From NCBI GenBank assembly GCA_000002435.2, contig CM018792.1: DNA of 64,000 nt, one strand, 5' to 3'. Of the stretch, positions 50,258-59,800 are shown one piece after another. The notes beneath the pieces are model-generated. The model was not told the origin of the DNA and ran no database searches. It worked only from the letters and a program-made list of their open reading frames with translations. This DNA comes from Giardia intestinalis (Eukaryota). A program made the position numbers and the translations under genes. The stretch's first letter is position 1. Each line of letters opens with the position of its first letter.

Positions 50258-51472
50258 CTATGCGTGCATGTGCAGGAGGCTGCCGTCTCCAGTAAGCTCG
50301 TAAGCGGTGACTGTGCTCGTACAATCAAGAAGCAGGGCCCGCCTCTGGCCCCATGCTATGGAACGTACGGAGAGATCTGCTTCTTGCTGCTCATCAGAGT
50401 CTGCTCCGCTGGGGGTATCACTGCCTTTAGTATTGGTAACTCCCGCCGGGGATAACTCTGGACGTGTGCCTCGCTCTGCTTGCGTGCTGGAAATAGGTAA
50501 CGAGAAAACAGCATGTCTAGTGAAAACCCCGTCGGAGAACTTAAACACCGTTACGGAGCCACTGAACTTCCCGCATGTCACAAAAACAGAGTCCTCTGCC
50601 TTGTGCACGCTAAGAATATAGTCATGCGACTTAGTAAGGGAACGGATATCCATGTTCTGGTAGAAGATAGCTCCATCTTCAGGATCTGCCAGAGCCATTC
50701 CCATGGACCCCGTCGTCAAGCATAAAGACTCGGTGGAGTAATAAACAACACCGAGCGGAAACGGATACGCCGATCCGAAAATAAATATGTCATCAGAAAC
50801 ATCTTCAGAGTTCCCAAAGAGCACCTCCCGCTGAGGCCCGGAAGCGTCGAGATTCAGAAAGCCCAACTCACTCACTGCGTTAATGAATAAAAGCTCTGTC
50901 GGCCGATTCCTGCAAAAGGACAGATCTGCAATATTAGATGTGCTTAGCTTGATAGGCGCCTGGAGCCCAGAAGTATCACCAGCCAACAATGGGCCCAGCT
51001 CATACGCACAGATGAAAGTCCCAATAGACGCTACCAGGACTGCTCCATTAGTGGCCAAACAACTTACTGGGCCCACAAGGGCCAGCTCTGCTACTGCATT
51101 AACCCAAAGATTTTTCTTGTTGTTTTTGTCAATTGTTACGGTGTAGACACAGACGATATTGCCAGCTGCAGCAAGGATTATGCAGAACGGCTCTGTGCCT
51201 GTCTTAGTAGCCTCCGGATCTGTCTGTAACAGTGACCACCGGGGGGTGCCAGGATCAGATAGGGAGAGGACAGTGAACACTTCGCACTTGGGGATTTCTC
51301 CAACCTGAGAGATGTGCCCCGCTTCATTAAGCAAGTATAGACGGAGGTATCCAGAAGATACGTGCACATAAAAGTAGCTATCACCGCCATCTAAGAAGCC
51401 AACAGACGTCCCCACTATAGCAGCACCCTGCCCAACGGAGTACGGCCGGTACAGGGGCGCGAGCATATACAT
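50258..51472 (-). CDS. Hypothetical protein (404 aa), beta-rich, possible propeller
   Basis: Clean ATG ORF. No motif recognised. Confidence 0.55.
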   Translation of the reverse strand: MYMLAPLYRPYSVGQGAAIVGTSVGFLDGGDSYFYVHVSSGYLRLYLLNEAGHISQVGEIPKCEVFTVLSLSDPGTPRWSLLQTDPEATKTGTEPFCIILAAAGNIVCVYTVTIDKNNKKNLWVNAVAELALVGPVSCLATNGAVLVASIGTFICAYELGPLLAGDTSGLQAPIKLSTSNIADLSFCRNRPTELLFINAVSELGFLNLDASGPQREVLFGNSEDVSDDIFIFGSAYPFPLGVVYYSTESLCLTTGSMGMALADPEDGAIFYQNMDIRSLTKSHDYILSVHKAEDSVFVTCGKFSGSVTVFKFSDGVFTRHAVFSLPISSTQAERGTRPELSPAGVTNTKGSDTPSGADSDEQQEADLSVRSIAWGQRRALLLDCTSTVTAYELTGDGSLLHMHA

Positions 51473-51532
51473 GGTGCACGGTCTAATAAATGTAAATTAC
51501 TAAAAGCAAATAGGACAGATTTTTTTAAAAGT

Positions 51533-51976
51533 ATGTCGATCAGTCTTGTATTCGTCAGCAGCGAGCAGGCCCCTGTGTTCACCGGCCAGATGCTTTTTAA
51601 TGGGAACTGGATGCCAATAGATGTCAAAGTGGAGATGTTCCTATTTTCGCTTCTGGATTTGGTTTATGCAAACCTTGCCAAGCAGATGGAGCAACCCACC
51701 GTAGATTGTCTCATGCTAAAGATTGCAGAATCGTTGGGCTATGTGGCCCATGCATATGTAACCGTTGACAGGTCCATACTCTTAATGTTAATTCCTGTAG
51801 AAGCCAAATGCAATTCTAATCAATTAAAGCTTTTTTTCCTTGCCGCAGAGGCTCTCCTTGCAGCCGAATCCATGAATCCGTTTTACAAGCGCTCGACACA
51901 CGTTATGGATGAACCCTTCTGCTTTGCTTTAGCCCAGAAGCTTCACGCCCATTTACTTAATAAAACTTGGGGTTAA
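51533..51976 (+). CDS. TRAPPC2: Sedlin / TRAPP complex subunit 2 (Trs20) family, longin-like
   Basis: MSISLVFVSSEQAPVF matches MSGSFYFVIVGHHDNPVF, and ESMNPFYKRSTHVMDEPFCFALAQKLHAHLL matches [31 protein letters not shown]. Confidence 0.8.
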   Translation: MSISLVFVSSEQAPVFTGQMLFNGNWMPIDVKVEMFLFSLLDLVYANLAKQMEQPTVDCLMLKIAESLGYVAHAYVTVDRSILLMLIPVEAKCNSNQLKLFFLAAEALLAAESMNPFYKRSTHVMDEPFCFALAQKLHAHLLNKTWG

Positions 51977-52001
51977 ATTTTGAAATTAAAAAGACTCCCT
52001 C

Positions 52002-53105
52002 ATGTATAATGCCAATCCAAAGCCTTCACAGCAGGGTGGAGCCCGCGAAAGCAGAGATTCTAGGGATGTGCGACAGCAGTATATCTTCCTCAACATCATC
52101 GGAAGCGGCTCCTTCGGGAAGGTCCACAAGGTCCAGTCCAGGACGAACGGGCGGATCTTCGCGTGCAAGGAAATCGACTACGCCAAGATGAGCGAGAAGG
52201 AGAAGAAGCTCCTCGTCCACGAGGTCAACACGCTCAAGGAGCTCAGCCACGAGAACATCGTCTCCTACATCGACCGCTTTGTCGAGCGCGAGAACGCGAA
52301 GATGTTCATCGTCATGGAGTACTGCGAGAATGGAGACCTCGCAAAGTACATCAAGCGGCACAAGACAGACAGGCGCTACATCGCTGAGGAGAAGATCTGG
52401 TCTGTCTTTGTCCAGCTCCTCCATGCCCTTAACTATTGCCATAGCATCCATAGTGAAGACGAGTCAGGTGTCCACAAAGTTATCCACCGGGATATAAAGC
52501 CCGGTAACGTGTTCCTCACTCAAGATGGCTCCATCAAGCTGGGAGACTTTGGTCTCTGCCGTACCCTCGGAGAAGATTCTGTGGCCCAGACAAACGTCGG
52601 CACCCCCCTCTACATGGCCATAGAGGTCCTCCAGAAGCAGTCCTACACAGAGAAGGCAGACATATGGTCCCTCGGCTGCGTCATCTACGAGCTCTGTGCC
52701 CTGCAGCCCCCATTCGTGGCATCTAACATAGAGTCCCTCAAGACGAAGGTTAAGCAGGGTGCACGCCCTGCCATACCGTCTCACTACTCTAGCGATTTGT
52801 CAGCTGCAATCGACTTAATGCTCAACCCCAATCCTTCAGCACGACCATCTGCAACAGATATCCTTCAGCACAGTCGTATCATTGAGATGAATGAGAGAAT
52901 AAAAGCTATGCCTGCATATGCTGCACAGGCGCCGCCTGAAATACCAAAGAGTGCTCCACCAGGCGGTGGACATGCCCAACGTGAACGTGAACTTCGTGAG
53001 TGGGAAGAACGCCTGAACACGAAGGAGCAGTCCCTACGAGCACGTGAGGAGCACGTTGACCGCACACTAGCAGCTCTGAACGCCGGAACATATAAAGGCT
53101 ATTAA
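52002..53105 (+). CDS. NEK (NIMA-related) Ser/Thr protein kinase
   Basis: It has the Gly loop IGSGSFGKVHKV, VAIK-like FACKEI, HRDIKPGNVFL, DFGLCR, GTPLYMAIE and a coiled-coil C-terminus. The NEK family is hugely expanded in Giardia. Confidence 0.9.
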   Translation: MYNANPKPSQQGGARESRDSRDVRQQYIFLNIIGSGSFGKVHKVQSRTNGRIFACKEIDYAKMSEKEKKLLVHEVNTLKELSHENIVSYIDRFVERENAKMFIVMEYCENGDLAKYIKRHKTDRRYIAEEKIWSVFVQLLHALNYCHSIHSEDESGVHKVIHRDIKPGNVFLTQDGSIKLGDFGLCRTLGEDSVAQTNVGTPLYMAIEVLQKQSYTEKADIWSLGCVIYELCALQPPFVASNIESLKTKVKQGARPAIPSHYSSDLSAAIDLMLNPNPSARPSATDILQHSRIIEMNERIKAMPAYAAQAPPEIPKSAPPGGGHAQRERELREWEERLNTKEQSLRAREEHVDRTLAALNAGTYKGY

Positions 53106-53195
53106 CCAAATGATAGTTTTTCCTTGATTTACAACGTGGCAGTAAACACATGTATAATCCGTATGTTAGAAGCTATGGGAGAAAAGCTTGGTGCC

Positions 53196-55343
53196 CTACG
53201 TGCCAGCGCTGTGGTTCTTATTATCTAAACGACGTTTGTCCCGTTCCTCGTGACTTTCCAGCAATGGGATAAAACGAGAGACAACATATCCTTCACAGTT
53301 GGTTGCCTGCTGGTTATCGAGACGGAGAATATTCCAAATATTGCGACGGAAGACCTCCAGCAGCCCAGCTATACTCGCTATCCAAAAGTCCCGTAGAGAC
53401 GGATGTGGAATAACTAAAGATATAGGCAAATAAATGCGGATTGCTATATTAAGAAAGAAGCAGAAGTACAGAGTTGGAATACTAAACAGAGATGATCGTT
53501 GCAAAATCCCTTTCCGGTATGCTTTCGAGTCTGAATGGATTTGCTTGAAAAGTAAGGCGCCCGAGCCCCCGCTGAATAATGCCCAATCCTCCACTGTATC
53601 CCAGTAAAGTTTATAAATTATCTCAACCCAACGGATAGAGTATAGCGTATACTTGATGCCCGATATTTTGACCAAAGCAGAGACCTCCATAAAGCAGCCT
53701 GGGATTGAAACCAAATACTTCAGCATATTGTGGATATTCGGATAGGCATTCCCGGACTCCTTATATCTACGCCCACACTGCATGGCTCGGATGATATTGA
53801 ATGTCGTCAGAAAGCATGCAGTAATGTAGTCCGGTATATAACCACCAGATAGGACGTAACACAAATCTATAATCATCACAGAAAGAGAAACACACTGATC
53901 CATGAAGAAGAATTGGGGAAAATTGATCCGTCGTACGCGGGGATTCAAGCAGCGGAGGAAGACCATCAAACAGTAATGCCTTAATTTGTGCCTTTTGGAG
54001 AAAAAGATGGCGGTTACGAGCCAGTAGAAGTAGAAGGCGAAAGGTATGCACAGCCAAAGCTCGTAAGGAGTCAACTGTGCAAGAGCTGCCAAGTATTTAC
54101 CAAATGGATAGGGAAGAGGTTCCGAAAAGGCCGGCTGGCCATGACTTGAGAGAGAGGTGTATGCACTGGCGGTGCCCATCACGATCGCAATGCAGTGGAT
54201 CGTTGAAAACCAAAGTGCACGGATAGCAATGGTGTTGGCCCCTGCAACCATATTCGCAGAGGGCAGCTCCAAGATGAGAACATAGTTGATACGCTTAACC
54301 TCATAGATAGCAAAAACCATAGCTAGGGAAAGGCTGTATATTACTATGCTTAAGTGAAAACGATTCAAGTGTCTGCAGATTGGAGGTAAATCTATTAAGT
54401 AGTGCTTTGACATGATTATGTTCAAGACAATATCCACCAGCATCAATGCTATGGGGACGAAGAATCCTAGGCTGACCCCTGTGTGCAGGGCTAGGCGCTC
54501 TCTTTGTCTGGAAAGATCCCCCATCGGAGTACAATAGGAGACCAGCGTTTTCTTTGCGCCCTTTCCTTTTGTATCATAGTGTTGGCCGTATACTCGTTCA
54601 ATGTCGTCCTCAAAGTCACTCAAAGCGGACTGAGATGCAAAGCTGGTCTTGATCAGTAACTCCTTTATTCTTTCGGTGCAGAATGCAGACGTGGGAAACA
54701 TTTTGTCATGCTTCTTAGCTATCTTGATAAAGCCTGTTTCATTGAGAGAGGTAAATTCCTTGAGCATGCGGACGCTCTTGTATAATTCAAAGATGTTCTC
54801 CTCCACGTCTTTAAGCTCTGATCTGGTAAGCTTGGGGTGGCTGCGTTTCTTTTTGCTCTCTTTAATAGCTCGATCTTTTCTGCTATGCCTGCTGAGACTT
54901 TTGTTGGTGATCACAAACTCCTTGGCTACTTTCAAAGACGACGTCTCAATGTCTTCTGATGGGGCTCCTGCATCTTTTTCAGATCCTGCATTATTAGCGC
55001 CGTCACTATTGTGCACTGAAACAAGTGGCTCTGGTGATAGGTGTCCTGCTTCTGAAGAAAGAATTGCTTGAATCGATTTCCACAGATTTTTGTATTCGCG
55101 GCATTTGCTCTGGTAAAAGCTCTCAACTTGTCCCACTGATAAGCGTAGTTTTTCATAGAAAGCCTCTGAAAACCCAGTCCTGTTCCACTCGCTACGCTCG
55201 GCTTCAAGCCGATCGTTGACCGGGAGAAGACGCTCTGAGTCGTTTACGTGCTCGTCGAGCAACTTCTTAAAGCCATTATAATCTAAATAGTGCTGTCTCC
55301 ACTCTGGAATGAGCGTACTTACAAGACGTTCGCCAAACTTCAT
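53196..55343 (-). CDS. SPX-EXS domain protein (XPR1/PHO1/SYG1-like phosphate exporter)
   Basis: The N-terminal SPX domain reads MKFGERLVSTLIPEWRQHYLDYNGFKKLL. It has multiple TM helices and a C-terminal EXS-like region. Confidence 0.9.
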   Translation of the reverse strand: MKFGERLVSTLIPEWRQHYLDYNGFKKLLDEHVNDSERLLPVNDRLEAERSEWNRTGFSEAFYEKLRLSVGQVESFYQSKCREYKNLWKSIQAILSSEAGHLSPEPLVSVHNSDGANNAGSEKDAGAPSEDIETSSLKVAKEFVITNKSLSRHSRKDRAIKESKKKRSHPKLTRSELKDVEENIFELYKSVRMLKEFTSLNETGFIKIAKKHDKMFPTSAFCTERIKELLIKTSFASQSALSDFEDDIERVYGQHYDTKGKGAKKTLVSYCTPMGDLSRQRERLALHTGVSLGFFVPIALMLVDIVLNIIMSKHYLIDLPPICRHLNRFHLSIVIYSLSLAMVFAIYEVKRINYVLILELPSANMVAGANTIAIRALWFSTIHCIAIVMGTASAYTSLSSHGQPAFSEPLPYPFGKYLAALAQLTPYELWLCIPFAFYFYWLVTAIFFSKRHKLRHYCLMVFLRCLNPRVRRINFPQFFFMDQCVSLSVMIIDLCYVLSGGYIPDYITACFLTTFNIIRAMQCGRRYKESGNAYPNIHNMLKYLVSIPGCFMEVSALVKISGIKYTLYSIRWVEIIYKLYWDTVEDWALFSGGSGALLFKQIHSDSKAYRKGILQRSSLFSIPTLYFCFFLNIAIRIYLPISLVIPHPSLRDFWIASIAGLLEVFRRNIWNILRLDNQQATNCEGYVVSRFIPLLESHEERDKRRLDNKNHSAGT

Positions 55344-55428
55344 GCCCAGGATGTTTATCTTCGCCGATCACAAATTAGTACGAATTGGGGTCTACACACG
55401 ATTTACAATACAAAGAGATTACCAAGAA

Positions 55429-58400
55429 TTAAGTAATAGACAGATTGATAGAGTCAAATATCATAGATTGACCAGTCCCTGAAGCGCCTGCAAGTAATTC
55501 TGTTGTTGAGCCGGGGAGATGCATACACCTGGTTCTGCTGAGTTTCCTTGCAGACAAAAGCTTCCAGAGAAGAATGCCCAAGGCAATAAGAAGAAGAGCC
55601 ACTGCAGTGACTGATAACCCTATGGTTAGCGACAGACGGGCGTTTGAGGCTGGGGGTACAACTGGCACGTATGGACCAGCTTCAGAAAGACATAAAATCG
55701 GTCCCGGAACTGCTGGGCCAACGCATGATAGGCATCCTTGCATTCCAACATATCCGTTTTTCCCTTCTTCGTCAGAGCATGCCACACAGTGAGAGGGATC
55801 AAAGACCTCATAATCAGTGGCTGCAAAGTATCCTTCTGCGCACTGGGTACACTGAAGATTACTCTTACAAGATGCACAGGTCTTGGGACACTGGACACAG
55901 CTATCCCCATAGTAGCCGTCGGAGCACACGGTGCATATATTGCTGGAGTACTCGCACGCCTGACAGTTTGTGCTCTCACACGGTGTACAGGATCCAGAGA
56001 GCGGTCCATATCCTAGCTGACACTTGCTGCATACGCCCAACCCCTCGTCAGTAGCAGACTGGGCGCAGACGTACGAGCCTGGAAGTCTGTCCGACTGATA
56101 ACACCCACCGGAATACAGGAAATATCCTGGAGCACAGTGGGTGCAGATACCATTCTTTCCATTCAAGCAGATGAGATCTCTTGCGGCCATGTGGCAGTCC
56201 CCATTGATAGGATAGTGACCAGATGTACACTGTGAACAGTACGCAGTGCCGAAAATTACTGCATTGCATAGAAGACAATTTCGGGAATTCTCGACACACG
56301 CGTCAGTACAAGTACTCGACCCTGTCCCAGCAGAGTGCGCCTTTCCCTTGATACACGTCAAACAGTCGCTCTCCCCTGGTCCAGAGCAGGTTAAGCATGT
56401 GCTGTGACAAGCTACACAGGTACCCTCTACCAAGTGGTAGCCAATCTTGCACCTACTACAGTTATCAGCCAAGTCTGTGCATTCCAAACAATTTTGATCA
56501 GTACATAAAACACAATGCTTGGAGGATGAGCTGACGCCGAAGCTAGGTACAGCACATTTAGGAACACACGATGATCCCGCGGGGTCCACTACGTACGCCT
56601 TAATGGTACAAAGCTCACAGATAGTAGGATCAGATACGCATTTAGCACATCCGCTTACCTTGCACAGAACGCACTCGTCTTTCTGCAAACTGTATCCATC
56701 GTGACATGCAGTACAGTAGCCTCTGAGAGAGGCCACACATATCCCATTGCCAGGGACGGCTGCTATGCTGTAGCATCCGTTGCCGTGGAAAAAGTAACCA
56801 GCTGTACACTCAATGCACCTACCAGCTAAGCAGTTATTTCCACGAGGATCCGATGTGCACAGACCATTAATTGGAAACTCCGATAGCACCGAGCAACGCA
56901 TGCACGCCCCCGTTTGCATATCGCATGAGCCTATCGCGCACTTTCCTGAACCCTCGCCTTCTGTACACATATTGTAACACTTTCCCATGCTCATAATCGA
57001 CCCTGATTGACACTCTAAGCAGAGTCCAGGGTTTTCTGAGGAGCAAGTTAAACAATTACCTCCACATGGCTGACACATTGGGCCATAGAAACCCTTTTCA
57101 CAAACGGTGCACTTACCCAATGCGTTGCAAGTTCTGCAATGAGGAATAGCGCACGCTCTGCATTTTTTAGTGCTCATGCACTTTGTACAGGTGTTTAGCA
57201 AACCGCACTCAGCACACTCCAAGGAGCTGCATGAGATGCATTCATTTTCCCATAGATAATAGTCATGGACACACACTTCACACACTGTCTTATCGGCATT
57301 GCACTGCATACAATTATTTGTTAGGCATTTAACACAGTGAGAACCTGTGTCATGAGTGCCACTGGGACAAGTCTTCATACAGTGGACAACTCCGTTGGAA
57401 TCGTATAGCTTGTAATTGGGAAGACATTCGCTGCATAATATCGTGTCCTCAACCAGCCGACAGATCTTACATCCGGTCGTCGTCTGGTCCCCCTGAGAAT
57501 CCGTAGTAAGTGCGCAGCTATGGCAACGGCCACTATCGGTCCTATCGGGGTCCTTCTCAAAGAATCCGTCCGCACATCCACTGCACACAGGAGCTGATTC
57601 ACAGATACACCCTAGAGGACATACCTTTGGCTCCTCAACACAGAGTCTTGCCTCCAGCTCAGGAGTATAACCATTGTTACACACACAGCGAGAAGCATTG
57701 CTATCAGATACCGGGGTGGAGTGAGAAGGGCACTCCGTATCACAGGAGACTCCATCAATACTTACAAAGTGTGCAGTGTTGCTGCACTCAATACACATGC
57801 TCTCGTTGCATACTTTGCACCCCGATCCACACTGGATACATGTACCGGAAGACGATAGCCTAAATCCATACTGACATCCAGTACACACAGCAGCATCATT
57901 AGCACACGTCAAACAGTTCTCATCGGAGCATCTGGCACATTTTAGGTCGGCCGTCAGCCTAAAACCTTCTTGACATATATCGCAAAAGTTATGTCCGGCT
58001 TGAGCACAAGACACACAGTTGTCAGCGCACACGGGTGGTGGGCACTCAACCGCCCCATCCGCTTTAGTTCCATAGAAACACTCTGTGCAAACGCTTGGAT
58101 CTTCTGCGCACAACTTGCAATATCTGTCACTGCAGTTCATGCAAGCATTCTTATTCTCTGCTAGACCATATCCAAAATCACATATGCATTTTGTTGGGGT
58201 ACTAGTGTCGGGTTTGGAACCAGTCGGACAGGCAGCAATACACTCTGTTCCTGCCAAATTCATGTAGGGTGTTTCCGGTAAGCACATTTCACAGGTATCT
58301 CCAGCATATCCAGAAGTGCACCTGCTACAACCTGAAACCTTACAGGGCACGCATGACATAAAGCCAGGATAATATCCAGGAGTGCACTCAGTACAGCTGT

Positions 58401-59436
58401 GAGAGCTTTCGCATATCTTGCAGTTTGCTGAGCAGGATCTACAAGACATCGAATAGGCATCACCGTATGTGCCAATGGGGCATGCAGCGTAGCAACTGAC
58501 AAAACCAGTTGCAGAGTCGGTAAGACTATAGTAATTCTGGAAGCACTTGTGACACTGCACTGGACCCGGTGTCGATGGAAGAGTACATTGGGAGCAGAAC
58601 TCTATACCTAAATATCCTTCGTGCTGAGAGCTAGTATCTCCGCACCCAATGCATACTCTTTTAGATCCGATCATCAGCTCTTGCGCGTTCGCTCGGCACT
58701 TGTCACAGTCGTCTTTAGAAGAACAGACAGCACAGTGATGCCTGCACAGCATGCACACGCCTGTGCTATCAAGGAAAAAGCCCTCCTTGCAGCTTGAGCA
58801 TGTGCTCTTGCCATTTGGACACGAGCTACAGTTAGGAACCTCGCAAGGAATGCACATTCCGGTTGCATCAGTGGAAAATCCGTCGGCACACTGTGTGCAT
58901 TTGCCATCACTCACAGTACCTGCACAGACAAGCTTTCCGAGACTAGAGCTCTTGGAGACACAACCACCATTGAACAGGAAGGAGGAAAACCCGCACTTGG
59001 TGCACACGTTATTGGCACAGGTATCGAACGGATTTGCACTATCACAAATGCCATTGACCGGCACATAATCCAAATATGCACACTGCGAACAATACGTGGC
59101 GCCCCCCAGAACATATCGATTTTCAACTGCACATATTAGTGGCGCATACTTTCCATTGAGATCGTAACAGCCGTCTTCAAACAGCATATAGTCTGAGGTG
59201 CACGATCCGCACTTAGTATTATAGCCCTGCAAGGTGATGCATATGTTAGGGTCATCGGGAACACATATACCGTTAATAGGAACGGTATTGAAGGTCATGC
59301 AATCAGTACAGACTGTGTCTTCTCCTAGCTTAAGAGAATGGTAACACTTTAAATCAGAAGTAGCTGTTTCCACAGAAGAAAAACCCTTTATGCGAGCAAT
59401 CCGAAGGGCTAGTAATCCAACGGAGAAGACCAGCAT
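55429..59436 (-). CDS. High-cysteine membrane protein (HCMP), 1335 aa, VSP-like CXXC/CXC repeats without the CRGKA tail
   Basis: It has the signal peptide MLVFSVGLLALRIARIKG, about 11% Cys in repeated CxxC modules, a single C-terminal TM (LTIGLSVTAVALLLIALGILLW) and a 40-aa tail. Confidence 0.85.
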   Translation of the reverse strand: MLVFSVGLLALRIARIKGFSSVETATSDLKCYHSLKLGEDTVCTDCMTFNTVPINGICVPDDPNICITLQGYNTKCGSCTSDYMLFEDGCYDLNGKYAPLICAVENRYVLGGATYCSQCAYLDYVPVNGICDSANPFDTCANNVCTKCGFSSFLFNGGCVSKSSSLGKLVCAGTVSDGKCTQCADGFSTDATGMCIPCEVPNCSSCPNGKSTCSSCKEGFFLDSTGVCMLCRHHCAVCSSKDDCDKCRANAQELMIGSKRVCIGCGDTSSQHEGYLGIEFCSQCTLPSTPGPVQCHKCFQNYYSLTDSATGFVSCYAACPIGTYGDAYSMSCRSCSANCKICESSHSCTECTPGYYPGFMSCVPCKVSGCSRCTSGYAGDTCEMCLPETPYMNLAGTECIAACPTGSKPDTSTPTKCICDFGYGLAENKNACMNCSDRYCKLCAEDPSVCTECFYGTKADGAVECPPPVCADNCVSCAQAGHNFCDICQEGFRLTADLKCARCSDENCLTCANDAAVCTGCQYGFRLSSSGTCIQCGSGCKVCNESMCIECSNTAHFVSIDGVSCDTECPSHSTPVSDSNASRCVCNNGYTPELEARLCVEEPKVCPLGCICESAPVCSGCADGFFEKDPDRTDSGRCHSCALTTDSQGDQTTTGCKICRLVEDTILCSECLPNYKLYDSNGVVHCMKTCPSGTHDTGSHCVKCLTNNCMQCNADKTVCEVCVHDYYLWENECISCSSLECAECGLLNTCTKCMSTKKCRACAIPHCRTCNALGKCTVCEKGFYGPMCQPCGGNCLTCSSENPGLCLECQSGSIMSMGKCYNMCTEGEGSGKCAIGSCDMQTGACMRCSVLSEFPINGLCTSDPRGNNCLAGRCIECTAGYFFHGNGCYSIAAVPGNGICVASLRGYCTACHDGYSLQKDECVLCKVSGCAKCVSDPTICELCTIKAYVVDPAGSSCVPKCAVPSFGVSSSSKHCVLCTDQNCLECTDLADNCSRCKIGYHLVEGTCVACHSTCLTCSGPGESDCLTCIKGKAHSAGTGSSTCTDACVENSRNCLLCNAVIFGTAYCSQCTSGHYPINGDCHMAARDLICLNGKNGICTHCAPGYFLYSGGCYQSDRLPGSYVCAQSATDEGLGVCSKCQLGYGPLSGSCTPCESTNCQACEYSSNICTVCSDGYYGDSCVQCPKTCASCKSNLQCTQCAEGYFAATDYEVFDPSHCVACSDEEGKNGYVGMQGCLSCVGPAVPGPILCLSEAGPYVPVVPPASNARLSLTIGLSVTAVALLLIALGILLWKLLSARKLSRTRCMHLPGSTTELLAGASGTGQSMIFDSINLSIT

Positions 59437-59800
59437 TTTATTTTCATCTTTTCATAAAATTAGCAATAGCTGTTGCATAGTGTAACCGGAGTTGTAAGCA
59501 GTGATTCACTACCCCTGCTTCCAAATACAGCAGTAAATACCGGAACGCTTAAGCATGCCTTTTTTCCAGGCAGTAGCCAGATTTCAAGAGTGTTATGTTC
59601 CAGCGGATATTCCGTCATGCGCTAGCTGGCATGGAGCGATGGACACGCCAACGTTGCTGTCGGCTTGGGGCGAGACGTCCATCCAATCAATCCTCAAACT
59701 GACTGACTTTAGAGTCAGTCGTCTCACGGAGCAGTGGTTGCACTGTGTCTTTTATATGTGTCTGCACCAAGGAGGGTGTGGTTGAAAGGCCCAAAAAACA

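Noticed and set aside
52026-52451. 141-aa minus-strand ORF inside the NEK kinase gene, and similar antisense ORFs in EB1, NEMF and HCMP
   Set aside because: They are antisense to well-supported genes.
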